DNA of 64,000 bases from Centroscyllium fabricii (taxonomy: Eukaryota), in the NCBI GenBank assembly GCA_051313645.2, contig JBNRSN020000002.1, positions 222,704,001 to 222,768,000 on the forward strand, given 5' to 3'. The notes under the pieces were generated by a model that was not told the DNA's origin, did not search any database, and saw only the letters and a list, made by a program, of their open reading frames with translations. The position numbers and the translations under genes are program-made. Below, piece by piece: positions 46,600 to 58,387 of this stretch (position 1 is its first letter; each line of letters begins with the position of its first letter).

Positions 46600-48905
46600 A
46601 AATGAAGGGATCTGCTGTTGAATTAACCTTGGTGTGTTGCTGCAGTAGATGCTGTAGATCATTTGTAGTGGTCCAGGGTGGATATTGAGTCCAGTGGCAA
46701 GGACACCAATTAAGCAAACTGCTTTGTCCTGGATGATGTTGAGCTTCTTGAGTGTTGTTTCGACTTCACCCACCCAGGTAAGTGCTAAGTATTTCAGCAC
46801 AGTCCTAACTTGAGCCCTGTAGATGGTGGGAGGTACTGAGGGGTCAGGAGGTGATCCACTTGTCGCAGAATACATAGAAACATAGAAGATAGGAGCAGGA
46901 GTAGGCCATTCGGCCCTTCGAGCCTGCTCCGCCATTCAATGAGATCATGACTGATCTTTCAGATTCAGTACCGTACCCTGTCCCTGCCTTCTCCCCATAT
47001 CCCTTGATCCCTTCAGCCTGAAGAAATATATCCAATTCCTTCTTGAATATATTTAATGAACCGGCCTCCACCGCCCTTTGTGGCAGAGAATTCCACAGGT
47101 TTACCACTCTCTGAGTGAAGAAATTCCTCCTTATTTCAGTCCTAAATGGCTTTCCCCTTATCCTTAGACTGTGATCCCTGGTTCTGGACTCCCCGACCAT
47201 CGGGAACATCATTCCTGCATCCAGTCTGTCCAGGCCTGACAGAATTTTATAGGTTTCGATGAGATCCCCTCTCAATCGTCTGAACTCCAGTGAGTATAAG
47301 CCCAATCGACTCAATCTCTCCCCATACGTCATTCCTGCCATCCCGGGTATCAGCTTGGTGAATCTTCGCTGCACTCCTTCAATGGCAAGAACGTCCTTCC
47401 TCAGATGAGGCAACCAAAACTGCACACAATACTCGAGGTGTGGTCTCACCAAGGTCCTGTGGAGCTGCAGCAAGACATCCTCGTTCTTATATTCGAACCC
47501 TCTTGCTACGAAGGCCAACATACCATTTGCCTTCTTAACCGCCTGTTGCACCTGCATGCTTACCTTCAGTGACTGGTGCACAAGAACACCCAGGTCTCTT
47601 TGCATTTCCCCATCTCCCAATCTATTGCCATTCAAATAATAATCTGCCCTCCTGTTTTTGCCACCAAAGTGGATAACCTCACATTTATCCACATTATAGT
47701 GCATTTGCCATGTATCTGCCCAATCCTCCAACCTGTCCAAATCGCATTGGAGTTTCTCGACATCCACCTCACAGCATACCCTCCCACCCAGCTTTGTGTC
47801 GTCTGCAAATTTGGAGATATTACATCCAATTCCCTCGTCCAGATCCTTAATATATATTGTGAACAGCTGGAGTCCTGGGACCGATCCTTGCCGTACCCCA
47901 CTAGTCACTGCCTGCCACTCGGAAAATGACCCGTTTATTCCAACTCTCTGTTTTCTATCTGACAACCAGTTCTCTATCCAAGTCGATACCTTGCCCCCAA
48001 TCCCATGAGCCTTAATTTTGCATGCTAATCTCTTATGAGGGACCTTATCGAAAGCTTTCTGAAAGTCCAAATACACCACGTCTACTGGTTCTCCCCTATC
48101 TATTTTACCAGTTACATCCTCAAAAAATTCCAGTAGATTAGTCAAGCACGATTTACCTTTTGTAAATCCATGTTGACTCTGTCCGATCCTGTCACTGTTT
48201 TTCAAGTGTACTGCTATTACATCTTTAATAATGGACTCTAGCATTTTCCCCACTACCAATGTCAGGCTTACTGGTCTATAATTCCCCGCTTTTTCTCTAC
48301 CCCCTTTTTTGAATAGTGGGGTAACGTTAGCTACCCTCCAATCCATGGGTACTGTTCCAGAGTCTATCGAGTTCTGGAAGGTGATCAGCAATGCATCTGC
48401 TATCTCCAGGGCCACTTCCTTAAGTACCCTAGGATGTAGATTATCAGGCCCTTGGAATTTGTCGGCCTTTAATCCCTTCAACTTCCCCAACACTATATCC
48501 CTGCAAATACTGATTTCTATCAGTTCCTCCCTCTCATTCGTCCCTATGTTTCCTGACATCTCTGGGAGGTTATTTGTGTCCTCCTTTGTGAAGACAGAAC
48601 CAAAATACCCAGCCTCTGTCTTGCTTTTGTAGACATCTTGTTGATGTGGCTGGTCCAGTTCAACTTCTAGTGACTGGTGATGCCCAATATGTTGATGGTG
48701 GGGGACTAGTTAATTGTTGTGCAGTTGAAGGTCAAAGGGAGATGGCTATGCTTTGTTTTGTTCAAAGTTGTTATCCCCTGGCACTATATGGTGCGAATAT
48801 TACCTGACACTTGCCAGTCCAAGTCTGGATGTTGTCCAAGTCCTACTCTAGGTTGACATGGGCTGCTTCATTATCAGAGGAGTTGTGAATGGAACTGAAC
48901 ATTGT
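46600..48905 (-). mobile_element. Old CR1/L2-group LINE fragment (~46600-46873 + 48604-48905), split by a younger CR1
   Basis: Similar to 36900-37460; IYRAQVRTVLKY..TLKKLNIIQDKA. Confidence 0.75.
46874..48603 (-). mobile_element. 5'-truncated young CR1 (HER1-like) LINE with uninterrupted RT reading frame
   Basis: ORF 46844-48559 closely similar to 11049-12899; FADD intact; (TTTCTATG) tail; candidate TSD aatac. Confidence 0.95.
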
Positions 48906-49411
48906 TGAATGGTTAGGACCAGCTGCTTTTATATTATAGCCAATGGCCATCTTTCCTGGTGCAAGACTACCTCTTTCAGGTAATTGCTAACAGGTATACA
49001 AAAGGCAAAATACTCTGGAAGCTGGAAATCCGAAATTTAAACAGGAAATGCTGGAAATACTCAGCAGGCCTGTAGGTACTAGGAGGTACAACTCAGGTAT
49101 GTGCTCCTTTATTTGTTCCCCATGGGCCGTATCCCTCCTGTGGCTGATAGGACACAGTGGTTGGCCTACTTCCATGCTGCTGACAGCACTACTACAAGAT
49201 GTTTGAGAGCAGCCCGATGAAGACTCCCTGTTCAGTTTCCCTTCTTTCTGCTGATAGGCAGTTGGCCCAAATTGGGCCGCCGTCCCAAAAAGGTTGGGGA
49301 CCACTGCCCTAGTGGCTCTGCTACACTGCCACTCCCTGCTGTTGTGCACTTCACAGCAGTGCAAAGGAAGTCAAACATTGAGTGGCATGGACGATCAAAC
49401 CTGCATCCTGC

Positions 49412-50258
49412 TGTAGGGAACCTTCAAAAGTGATAATAACGTTGAGGGATGCGGAGCAAACGTAAACAGGTCTTTATTGGTTTCGATCCAGAAACGACTG
49501 AGTTACAAAAGGCACGAAAACACAAAGCATGATGGGGCTTTTGACGGACAGCCCGCAGGACAAATCAGGGACCAGAACTGTTGATCCAACTAACCAATAG
49601 GGAAACAGGGGCGGGACCAACTCCGGAATGTGGATTCTGACTCTTAGGGGAGATCGGGATGTTTCCCCCTAGTGCAGCGTTCCCCAACCGCCGGTCCGCG
49701 ACCCGGTGCCGGTCCGTGGGACATTCTTACCAGGCCGCGGACGGGTCTGTGAATCGTCGCATGCGCAGATCAATTGCCGACGGGCCGCGGCAGGGTCTGT
49801 GAATCGGCGCATGCGCCGATCATTCGCCGACGGGCCGCGGCAGGGTCTGTGAATCAGCGCATGCGCCAATCATTCGCCGACGGTTCGCGGCAGGGTCTGT
49901 GAATCTGCGCATGCGCAGATCAATTGCCGACGGGCCGCGGCAGGGTCTGTGAATCGCCGACCTAACCCGCCTCCCCTCTGCCTTTGTCAGTCACCATCGG
50001 ACAAGGAGGCGCCCCCGCTCCCGGGCTCAAATTACCGACGCACGCGTCTGTGAACGCAACCCCGAGCTCACCTGCGCCTCCCGGGAACGGAGCTGCGAAC
50101 AGCAGCCAGACGCACCTCTCCCTCGCGCCAGCACCCCCCCCCCGGTCAGTCAAAAAATCTCCGCCAGCACCCCCCTGCCCCGCGAAAAAATTGACAAGCC
50201 CAAATTGGGCCGCCGTCCCAAAAAGGTTGGGGACCACTGCCCTAGTGGCTCTGCTACA
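49412..50258 (-). mobile_element. Small solo LTR (~274 bp net) interrupted by a hAT MITE
   Basis: TGTAG...CTACA ends; TSD CTGC (49408-49411 / 50259-50262); minus-strand AATAAA at ~49474. Confidence 0.7.
49675..50239. mobile_element. hAT (Charlie-like) MITE with internal ~49-bp tandem repeat (49735-49960)
   Basis: TIR cagcgttccccaacc / ggttggggaccactg; 8-bp TSD CCCTAGTG. Confidence 0.9.
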
Positions 50259-50432
50259 CTGCCACTCCCTGCTGTTGTGCAATGATACTATGACATACTC
50301 TGTGTGAAGGTGCCTTTCCTATTATAGATCAATAATCAACTTAATCTACTTTTAGAAAAAGAACTTTGTACTCATCAAGATGAAGGATGTTAACGCTGTG
50401 GATTACAACATTTTCCATTTCAGGCACCCAAG

Positions 50433-51232
50433 CCGGAATTTTAATCATGAGGCGGGTTGGAAGCAGTGCGGGAGGCGGGGGGGTGGCGGGGGGCCGGGGG
50501 CAGAAAGTGGTCGGGAAACCCGGGAGAATGGCTTTCCTGCAGGCCCAGCCAAATTTAACGGCAGGACTTGATTAGCATTTAGAAAACTCTGTTTCCTGCC
50601 AGGCTGGCTGGCTGTTGAGCGGGTAGGCCTGCAGCACCAGGCTGCAGAGAGGTGGGAGGGAGGGTTCGGTGGGGGGGAGATGGATGGGGGCCAGAGGAGC
50701 ATCAGGGCTGGACGATAGAGGCCGGAGGAGCATCGGGACGGGTGAGGATCGGTGTTGGGGAGCATCGGGGTGGGAATGTGTGTTGGGGGGAGCGGAGGAA
50801 GATTGCGGCCCTGGAGCATCGGGGGTGGAGTGGTGGGGGCCAGAGGATCGGGGGCCGGAGGGGCGATTGGAGGCATTGGGAGGGAGGTCTGGGGGAGATT
50901 GAAAGGGTCGTGATTTGTCCGATCGCGGGGGGTAGGTGAGGCAGGGACACTGGATCCAGCAGGTAGGTGTAAAGGCACTTACCTCCTGGATCCAGCAGTC
51001 CTCACCTCCCTTTAGCTGGTGAGTACCCTGAGGCTTCGGAAACCCGGCCAGCCAGAGTTAAATTTGAAATAGTGGATCACCACGAGGCACGTCAGCCTCA
51101 GTATGATATTTAAATGGGGACACACCTGCTGGGAGCAGGTTGGAGGTGGGATGGGGTCAGGATTTAATTTTTTAACTCGATAACCTTCCACCCGACCCCA
51201 AGCCACCCGTTTTTGGAGTTAAAATTCCAACC
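50433..51232. mobile_element. Harbinger-like MITE
   Basis: ggaattttaa ... ttaaaattcc inverted termini around a GC-rich interior. Confidence 0.55.
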
Positions 51233-51644
51233 CCTCCGTGTCAGCACCAAACACTCCCAGATCAGGTATAGCACAGCCAAATGTTGAGTAAAGCACCCTC
51301 TACTCTGCTCTAACAGCACGTTTTAACCCCAACCTTAAAAGAGCATCCTTTTTTGTACCAGTGTAGCAATTTTTCCATTTCCCACATCGGCCATCCTTAG
51401 GCCTGATTAATGTATGCCTAATATGGGGCAGTTTTGTGCTAATGGCCCATATCCACAAGGAATTAGATTCAGTCTGCCCAAACTCAGCTAATAAAGGATC
51501 CTTACAGCCAGCAGAGACTTTCATCCCATTAGTCTGGGCTGGAGTGGAACTAGAGATATAAAAGCCAGTGTCTAGCCCATTGTGCCACCCAGTTCTATAT
51601 ACTGCTAGATACGTGCCAAAAGTCTGCTATTTGTTAGAATTTTT

Positions 51645-52075
51645 TAGAGGCCATAAATATAAGATAGTCGTCAATAGATCCAATAGGGAATCTAAGAGAA
51701 ACTGCTTTACCCAGAGTGGTAAGATGTGGAACTCACTACCACAAGAAGTAGTTTTTTTTTAATTTTGTTCCCGGGATGTGGGTGTCACTGGCAAGGCCAG
51801 CATTTATTGCCTATCCCTAATTGCCCTTGAGAAGGTGGTGGTGAGCCATCTTCTTGAACCGCTGCAGTTCGTGTGGTGAAGATACTCCCACAGATTTGTT
51901 GAGGTGAATTGCAGAGATACATTTAAGGGGAATCTTGATAAGCACAGAAAGGAGAAAGGAATAGAAGGATCTGGTGATCGGGTGAGATGAAGAGGGGTGG
52001 GAGGAGGATCGTGTGGAGCATAAAGCTGACATAGACCAATGGCCTGTTTCTGTGCTGTAATTTCTGTGTAATTCT
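51645..52075 (+). mobile_element. Old CR1 3' fragment containing a minus-strand LINE tail (51752-51890)
   Basis: FTQ..VKMWNSLPQ motif; insert matches the 3' end of the LINE at 36570-36715. Confidence 0.7.
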
Positions 52076-53936
52076 AAGCAATTCATTTTAATTTGACCTG
52101 CTGTGATAAGTATGATGGAAGGTGTGAGTGTGGTTTTATGTGTTATTTTATAGCACATTCAGCAGTATCCTTCGGTTTCTTCTGTCGAAGATTAACTTGT
52201 TAACTCAATAACATAAGAACGCAGCACCAGATTTTCATTAAAGCTTCTGGACTGGCCTCCTTTTATTGAACAGTAGTTTCCTTTTTAGACCTGGTATGCT
52301 GCAAACTGTCCTTGTGTCTCATTTATCTGTCTGTGAGAAGTCATGTGTAACATTAATAACTTAAAAACACATGGCAAGACTTTACCCAAACTGTGTAAGA
52401 GGCATTTTCTCATTAGAACCTGCATTCCTTTCAAAGATAGGCAGGTTTCGAAATGTTCACGTTTCACTGGTGATGCATCTGCTCAAGACGCCGCAGTATA
52501 ATTTGAGTGTTCTCACCAAGCTTTTAAAGTGATGTATTTTTATCCTCTTCTTGGTTTCATCCCAAAAGCACATATTATATTGTATGCTGGGCCATCTATC
52601 CGCAGATTTTCTTTACTTAAACAGTAACCTGTTACTTAAAAAAAATTGCATTTTGCTAAACTTGATGAGAAGCCTTTGTATCCTGAGACTCTTGATACCT
52701 TTTGACATTCCTCCTGTCAACAATTTAAGTGAAAAAGTTATTTTCAGTGCAAAGTGAACGATAATGGTTTTTGCAAGTACATTTTATACCAATGTTGTGG
52801 TGTATGTACATTGTGAAATGCTTGGTTACCATTGGGCACTACTTTGTGCTGCATCAGTACTCTGCAGTACTGCGGTTCACCACTACTGTATATATGTAAG
52901 TGCGAGGAGCGCTACGAGTTAGTTCCAGACTTTACTATGCCTAGTAAACATCACCTTGAGTTGTACCTTTCACGTCGAGTCTGTCGTTATTAATCCTTGA
53001 TAGCGCGGACTAAATAATGGCGACGAGGTCGGTCGAAACCATAGCTATGTAATCGGCTACGTCGAAAAATGACAAATGTTGTTTTTTGAACCACTCCATC
53101 GACCATCAAGGCACACCCTGCATCCCTGACCAGGGAGAGGCAGCAATTCTCCAGCAGAAGGAACTCAGTCAGCCTGCACTCCAACAATGGGAGTGGAGAG
53201 GCATCTTCACTCCAGCCAACAGAAATCGGCAGCAGGAGTCAGCAGAATTCGGCAGCAGCAGCCAGCAGAAATCGGCAGCAGGCGCCAACAGAATTCGTCA
53301 GCAGCAGTCAGCAGAAATCGGCAGCAGGAGCCAGCAGGAATCGGCAGCAGCAGCCAGCAGAAATCGGGTGCCCAGCTCAACAGCGGCAGGAAGGCCACAG
53401 AGCAGGACCCAGCCCAGCAGAAGCAGTCGGACAGCGGACATCGACTCGAGGTGGGGCCAGGACAACGGCAGAGAAAGTCGTTCAGCAGGGTCGAACGAGA
53501 AGATCCACGGCGACAAAGCCAGTCACCAGAAGTGGTTGTCGAGGATCAGGGGTGGTCCTCCGGCCAGAAGAAAACATCAGCTTGCAGGTAGCGCGCAATC
53601 CTTACTAAGACCGCAGGGGGAAATCAGAGGCCCAGTGGGCGAGAGACGCGCAGAGGCGGGGAGACGCCATTTTTGGGCGGGAAGATGCCGGAAGAGATGC
53701 GCAGGGGCGGGAAAAGACGCCGGAAGAGATGTGCAAGGGTGGGAAGACACCAGAAAAGACACGCAAGGGCGGGGAAAGTCACCATCTTAGCGCGGGAAGA
53801 AATCCGCAAGGGCGGGAAGAAACCGGAAAAGAAGCAGGAAGGCGGGACAAACGTCATCTTTAGGCGGGAAAATGCCAGAAGAGACGCAGGGAGGCGGGAA
53901 AAGACGCCATCTTGACCGCAATAACAGACAGTAAAT

Positions 53937-56900
53937 ATGGATAACCCGGGGCCAATCATAGATCCAGTGGGGCAAGCACAGCCAGATGCAAATGGAGCCA
54001 GACAGAATAGGGCTATACAGAACAGTTTGGGGGCTTTCCAGTCAGAGAAAGAGGACTGGGAAGCATACCTGGAACGCTTTGATATCTACTGCAATGTACA
54101 AATTAAATGTTTTATTAAACGCCTTACAAGTTGCTACGAACTCTAGTGTCCCCAGATAGACCAGCGAATAAAACACTTCAACAAGTAAAAGATATTCTAA
54201 AGGAAAATCTGAACCCAAGACCCCCTTTCATAGCGGAATGCTTCAAATTTTTAAAAAGAGAACAGCAAAAAGGGGAGTCACAGTCTGAGTATATGACAGA
54301 ACTCAGATGCTTATCGAAGCATTGTGCGTTTGGGGACAAACTGGTTAATTATTTAAGAGACAGATTTGTCTGTGGTATCTTAGACGATGCCACTCAGAAG
54401 AAATTATTGGCCAAAAAGACGCTCACATTAGAGCAAGCTCTAGAAATGGCTGCCGCCCATGAGGCAGCTGCAGCAGGGGCAGCACAGATTAGAAACAGTG
54501 GGGGTTGCCTCGAAACCCACTAAATCACGACTTGCATGAAAATGTGCTACCGCTGTGGCAAGTCCACACACGATCAAAACAGGTGTTGGGCCAAAGATAA
54601 AGACTGTAGACAGTGTGGCAAGTTAGGCCACATAGCGGCGTTTTGTAGATCAGGGAAACAAACCAAGGGTTCACAAAGACAACCACAGAAACAGATCAAC
54701 CCCAGAAAAGTCCATAAAATAACAGAAGACGGTTCGGGAAGCGAATCAGATGACCAGGGCAGAGACCAGTGGGGGCTGGAAAGCTTAAAGGTCCACAACA
54801 TGGGCGCTCACACTGACCGGGAGGTAATATGGATTCCCCTAAAAGTGGTGGGGGTAGAGCTATCCATGGAGCTAGACACAGGATTGGCTCTATCAGTCAT
54901 AAATGAACAATTTTATAGAAGAACATTCAGAGGGATACCCCTAGAACAGTCCCCCGTGATACTAAAAACCTACACGGGACAAAAATTCGGGACTTTGGGG
55001 AGGTTGCCCGTCACAGTCAGATATCAAGGTCATCAGACAAAAGGTCTTTACCTATACGTTTTAAAGGATGGTGGAGCACCACTCCTAGAGAGGGAATGGA
55101 TCCGGAGGATCAACCTCGACTGGGGCACAATACACAATGTTGACACCTCAGATAAGACAAACGAGGACCCATTGGTCATCAAACGATTAGATAGAATATT
55201 GGAAAAGAACCCAGAGGTTTTCCAATCCGGCCTGGGAAAGTTGAGAAACTTAAACGCCAAGGTAATGCTCACACAAGGGGCAACCTCGATTTTCGCTAAG
55301 TCACGTCCAGTACCCTATGCCATCAGACCAGCAGTGGAGACAGAACTTGATAATTTGGAAGCAGAAGGAGTTCTGTCCAAGGTGGAATGGAGTGAATGGG
55401 CCACACCCATTGTTCCCATCATAAAAAAAGACACAAAATAAGGATGGGGAAAAGACAAAAGTGCGCATTTGCAGGGACATTAAAATGACCATTAACCCAG
55501 TTTTAAAAATTGTGCAGTACCCATTGCCCAGAATTGAGGATATATTTGCTTCCTTAGCAGGTGGGAAACGGTTCAGCAAGATAGACCTCTCACAAGCGTA
55601 CCTACAGATGGAGGTGGAGCAGGATTCCAGGAAACTCCTGACTATCAACATGCATAAAGGGCTGTACCAATATAACCGAATGGTTTTTGGCATTGCATCG
55701 GCGCCAGCCATATGGCAGAGGGCCATGGACCAGGTACTGCAGGGCATTCCAGGGACACAATGCTACCTGGATGACATTTTGGTGATGGGTAAAACAGATG
55801 TGGAACACTTATCAAATTTGGCAACAGTCTTAGAAAGACTCAAGGAGTGTGGGCTAAGGGCCAATAAACAAAAATGCGAATTTTTTAAAGATCACATTTC
55901 GTACTGTGGCCACGAAATTGATAGCGAAGGGTTACACAAATCACCTGACAAGATAGCAGCGGTAGTGAATGCCCCAAGACCACAAAATGTCAACCAACTA
56001 AGGTCATTTTTGGGGCTCATCAACTATTACCACAAGTTCTTACCCAACCTATCTACGGTCTTGTACCCTTTAAACACACTACTACTGGCGGGAACACCCT
56101 GGAAGTGGGAAAAAGCCTGCGAGACTGCTTTCTTAAGAAGCAAACGGATGATCACCTCTAAGGAGGTGCTAATGCATTTTGACCTCAGCCTGCCTATTAA
56201 GTTGGCATGTGATGCTTCCCCTTATGGTATTGGCGCTGTTCTGTCCCATAAATGCCCAGACGGGTCGGAAAGACCAATAGCTTTTGCCTCCAAGTCCCTC
56301 ACTGTGGCGGAGAAAAACTACGCCCAAATGGACCGTGAAGCACTCAGCCTAGTGTGGGGGGTGAAAAGGTTTCACCATTACCTACACGGTCAAGACTTCA
56401 TGCTCCTCACAGACCATCAACCACTGATTTCTATCTTCCACCCAGAAAAAGGGGTACCCCAGATGACTGCACAAAGGGCGGCACGGTGGCTCAGTGGTTA
56501 GCACTGTTGTCTTACAGCACTGGAGACCCGGGTTCAAATCCAGCCTCGGGTACTATCTGTGTGGAGTTTGCACATTCTCCCCGTGTCTGCGTGGGTTTCC
56601 TCCGGGTGCTCTGGTTTCCTCCCACAGTCCAAAGATGTGCGGGTTAGGTTGATTGGCCAGGATAAATTGACCCTCAGTGTTAGGGGGATTGAATATGTGG
56701 GGTTACGGGGTTACGGCGATAGGGTGGGATATGTGTTGATATAGGGTGAGAGCAGGGGCGGGGTGCTGTGTTTGAATGATCAGCCATGATCTCATTGAAT
56801 GGCGGAGCAGGCTCGAAGGGCCGAATGGCCTACTCCTGCTTCTAGTTTCTATGTTTCTATGTTTCTAAAGATGGGCGCTGTTCTTGGGTGCACACAAATA

Positions 56901-58231
56901 CACCATAGAACACAAAGGGACCAAGAGGCATGGTAATGCGGACGGACTGTCTCGCTTACCCTTACCAGAAACAGGGGAGGGGGGACAACAGGATCCCCTG
57001 TAACTATACCACACAGCAGTGGTTGAGCAAATACCAGTCACTAACCAGCAAATTGAGAGGGAAACGAGAAATTATCCCTGCTTGGCAAAAATTTTCAACG
57101 TAGTAGTCAAAGGATGGTCAAGAGATCCCCATGAAACTATGTAAACAAATTCTTGCAGACCTACATGAGGGGCATCTGGGCGGGGTTAAAATGAAATCAC
57201 TGGCTCGGGCATACAAGATTGGTGGCCCAAGATTGATAAAGATATTGAGCAGTCGGCCAGCGATTGCACAGGGTGCAAAATGGTCCAAAACTCACCACCC
57301 CAGGCTCCCTTACACCCTTGGGAGTGGCCATCATCACCATGGCAATGAATCCATATCGACTTTGCCGGACCCTTTATGGACGCAATGTTCCTCATTGTCG
57401 CTGACGCCCATTCAAAATGGCCAGAGGTGATAAGAATGTCCTCCACTACAGCTGAGAAGACAATCTCAGTCCTCCGAACAATTTTTGCCCAAAATGGTAC
57501 ACCGGAGCAGATCTGTTCCGACAATGGACCCCAGTTCATCTCGGAGGAGTTTAGTGCGTTTCTCAAACTAAACGGTATCCGACATTACAAGTTGGCACCA
57601 TACCACCCAGCCACAAATGGATTGGCAGAAAGGTTTGTGCAAACCTTCAAAAAGGCCATCAAAGCCATGGAGGGAGGAGAGTTAGATTTGCAACACAAAA
57701 TTGACAACTTTCTCTTTGCATATAGAAATGTGACACATGCAATGACTAATCATTCTCCGTCAGTGTTGTTCTTCAACAGGAGATTACGGAACCGGTTGGA
57801 CCTGTTGCAGCCGAACATCCGACGAGATGTCGAGGGAAAAATTTTCCGAAAGACTTCAGACAGAAAATCCAGGAACTTTGACGTAGGCCAGGAGGTACTC
57901 GTGAGAGACTACCGGCAGGACAAGTGGCAGGCTGGAATAATCAGCCAGCGGCAAGGGCTGCTGACATACACTGTGGACACACCTGAGGGACAAATCAGGA
58001 GGCATACTGATCAGATCGTGAAGGACACAGTGGTCAGTAATGAGGTGCCACAACCAAAGATCATGCTAAGACAAGCAATCCCCAAAGACAATCTCCCAGA
58101 CGAAGCAGCACCTGATGAAGGCTCTTCGGAGGCCGAATTAGATGGCGAGTCTACAGAGACTACTTCCTCATCGGGCGTCGTAAGGTGATACCCAGCAAGA
58201 GACCACCGGCCTCCACAGAAACGGAATTTGT
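53937..58231 (+). pseudogene. gag-pol: Mag-like gag-pol with stops, frameshifts and a SINE insertion
   Basis: LRDRFVCGI, twin CCHC, LDTG protease, YLDD RT, CDAS RNase H, SDNGPQF / YHPATNGLAER integrase. Confidence 0.92.
56477..56866 (+). mobile_element. Full-length HE1-type V-SINE inserted in Gypsy RNase H
   Basis: Closely similar to 37708-38110; TSD aaag. Confidence 0.95.
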
Positions 58232-58387
58232 AATTGTAAATATTATCTTTGTGTATATAGTTTTGCTTGTCCTCCCCCTACACTGACTATTGTACCGTAA
58301 AGGTTAATTAAGTGTGGAGGAATGTGGTGTATGTACATTGTGAAATGCTTGGTTACCATTGGGTACTACTTTGTGCTGCGTCAGTAC

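Noticed and set aside
51235-51590. Possible ancient SINE fragments
   Set aside because: Too degenerate to assign boundaries or family by eye
53086-53790. 234-aa Q/S/A-rich ORF upstream of gag
   Set aside because: Arises from low-complexity tandem repeats open in several frames; no domain motif
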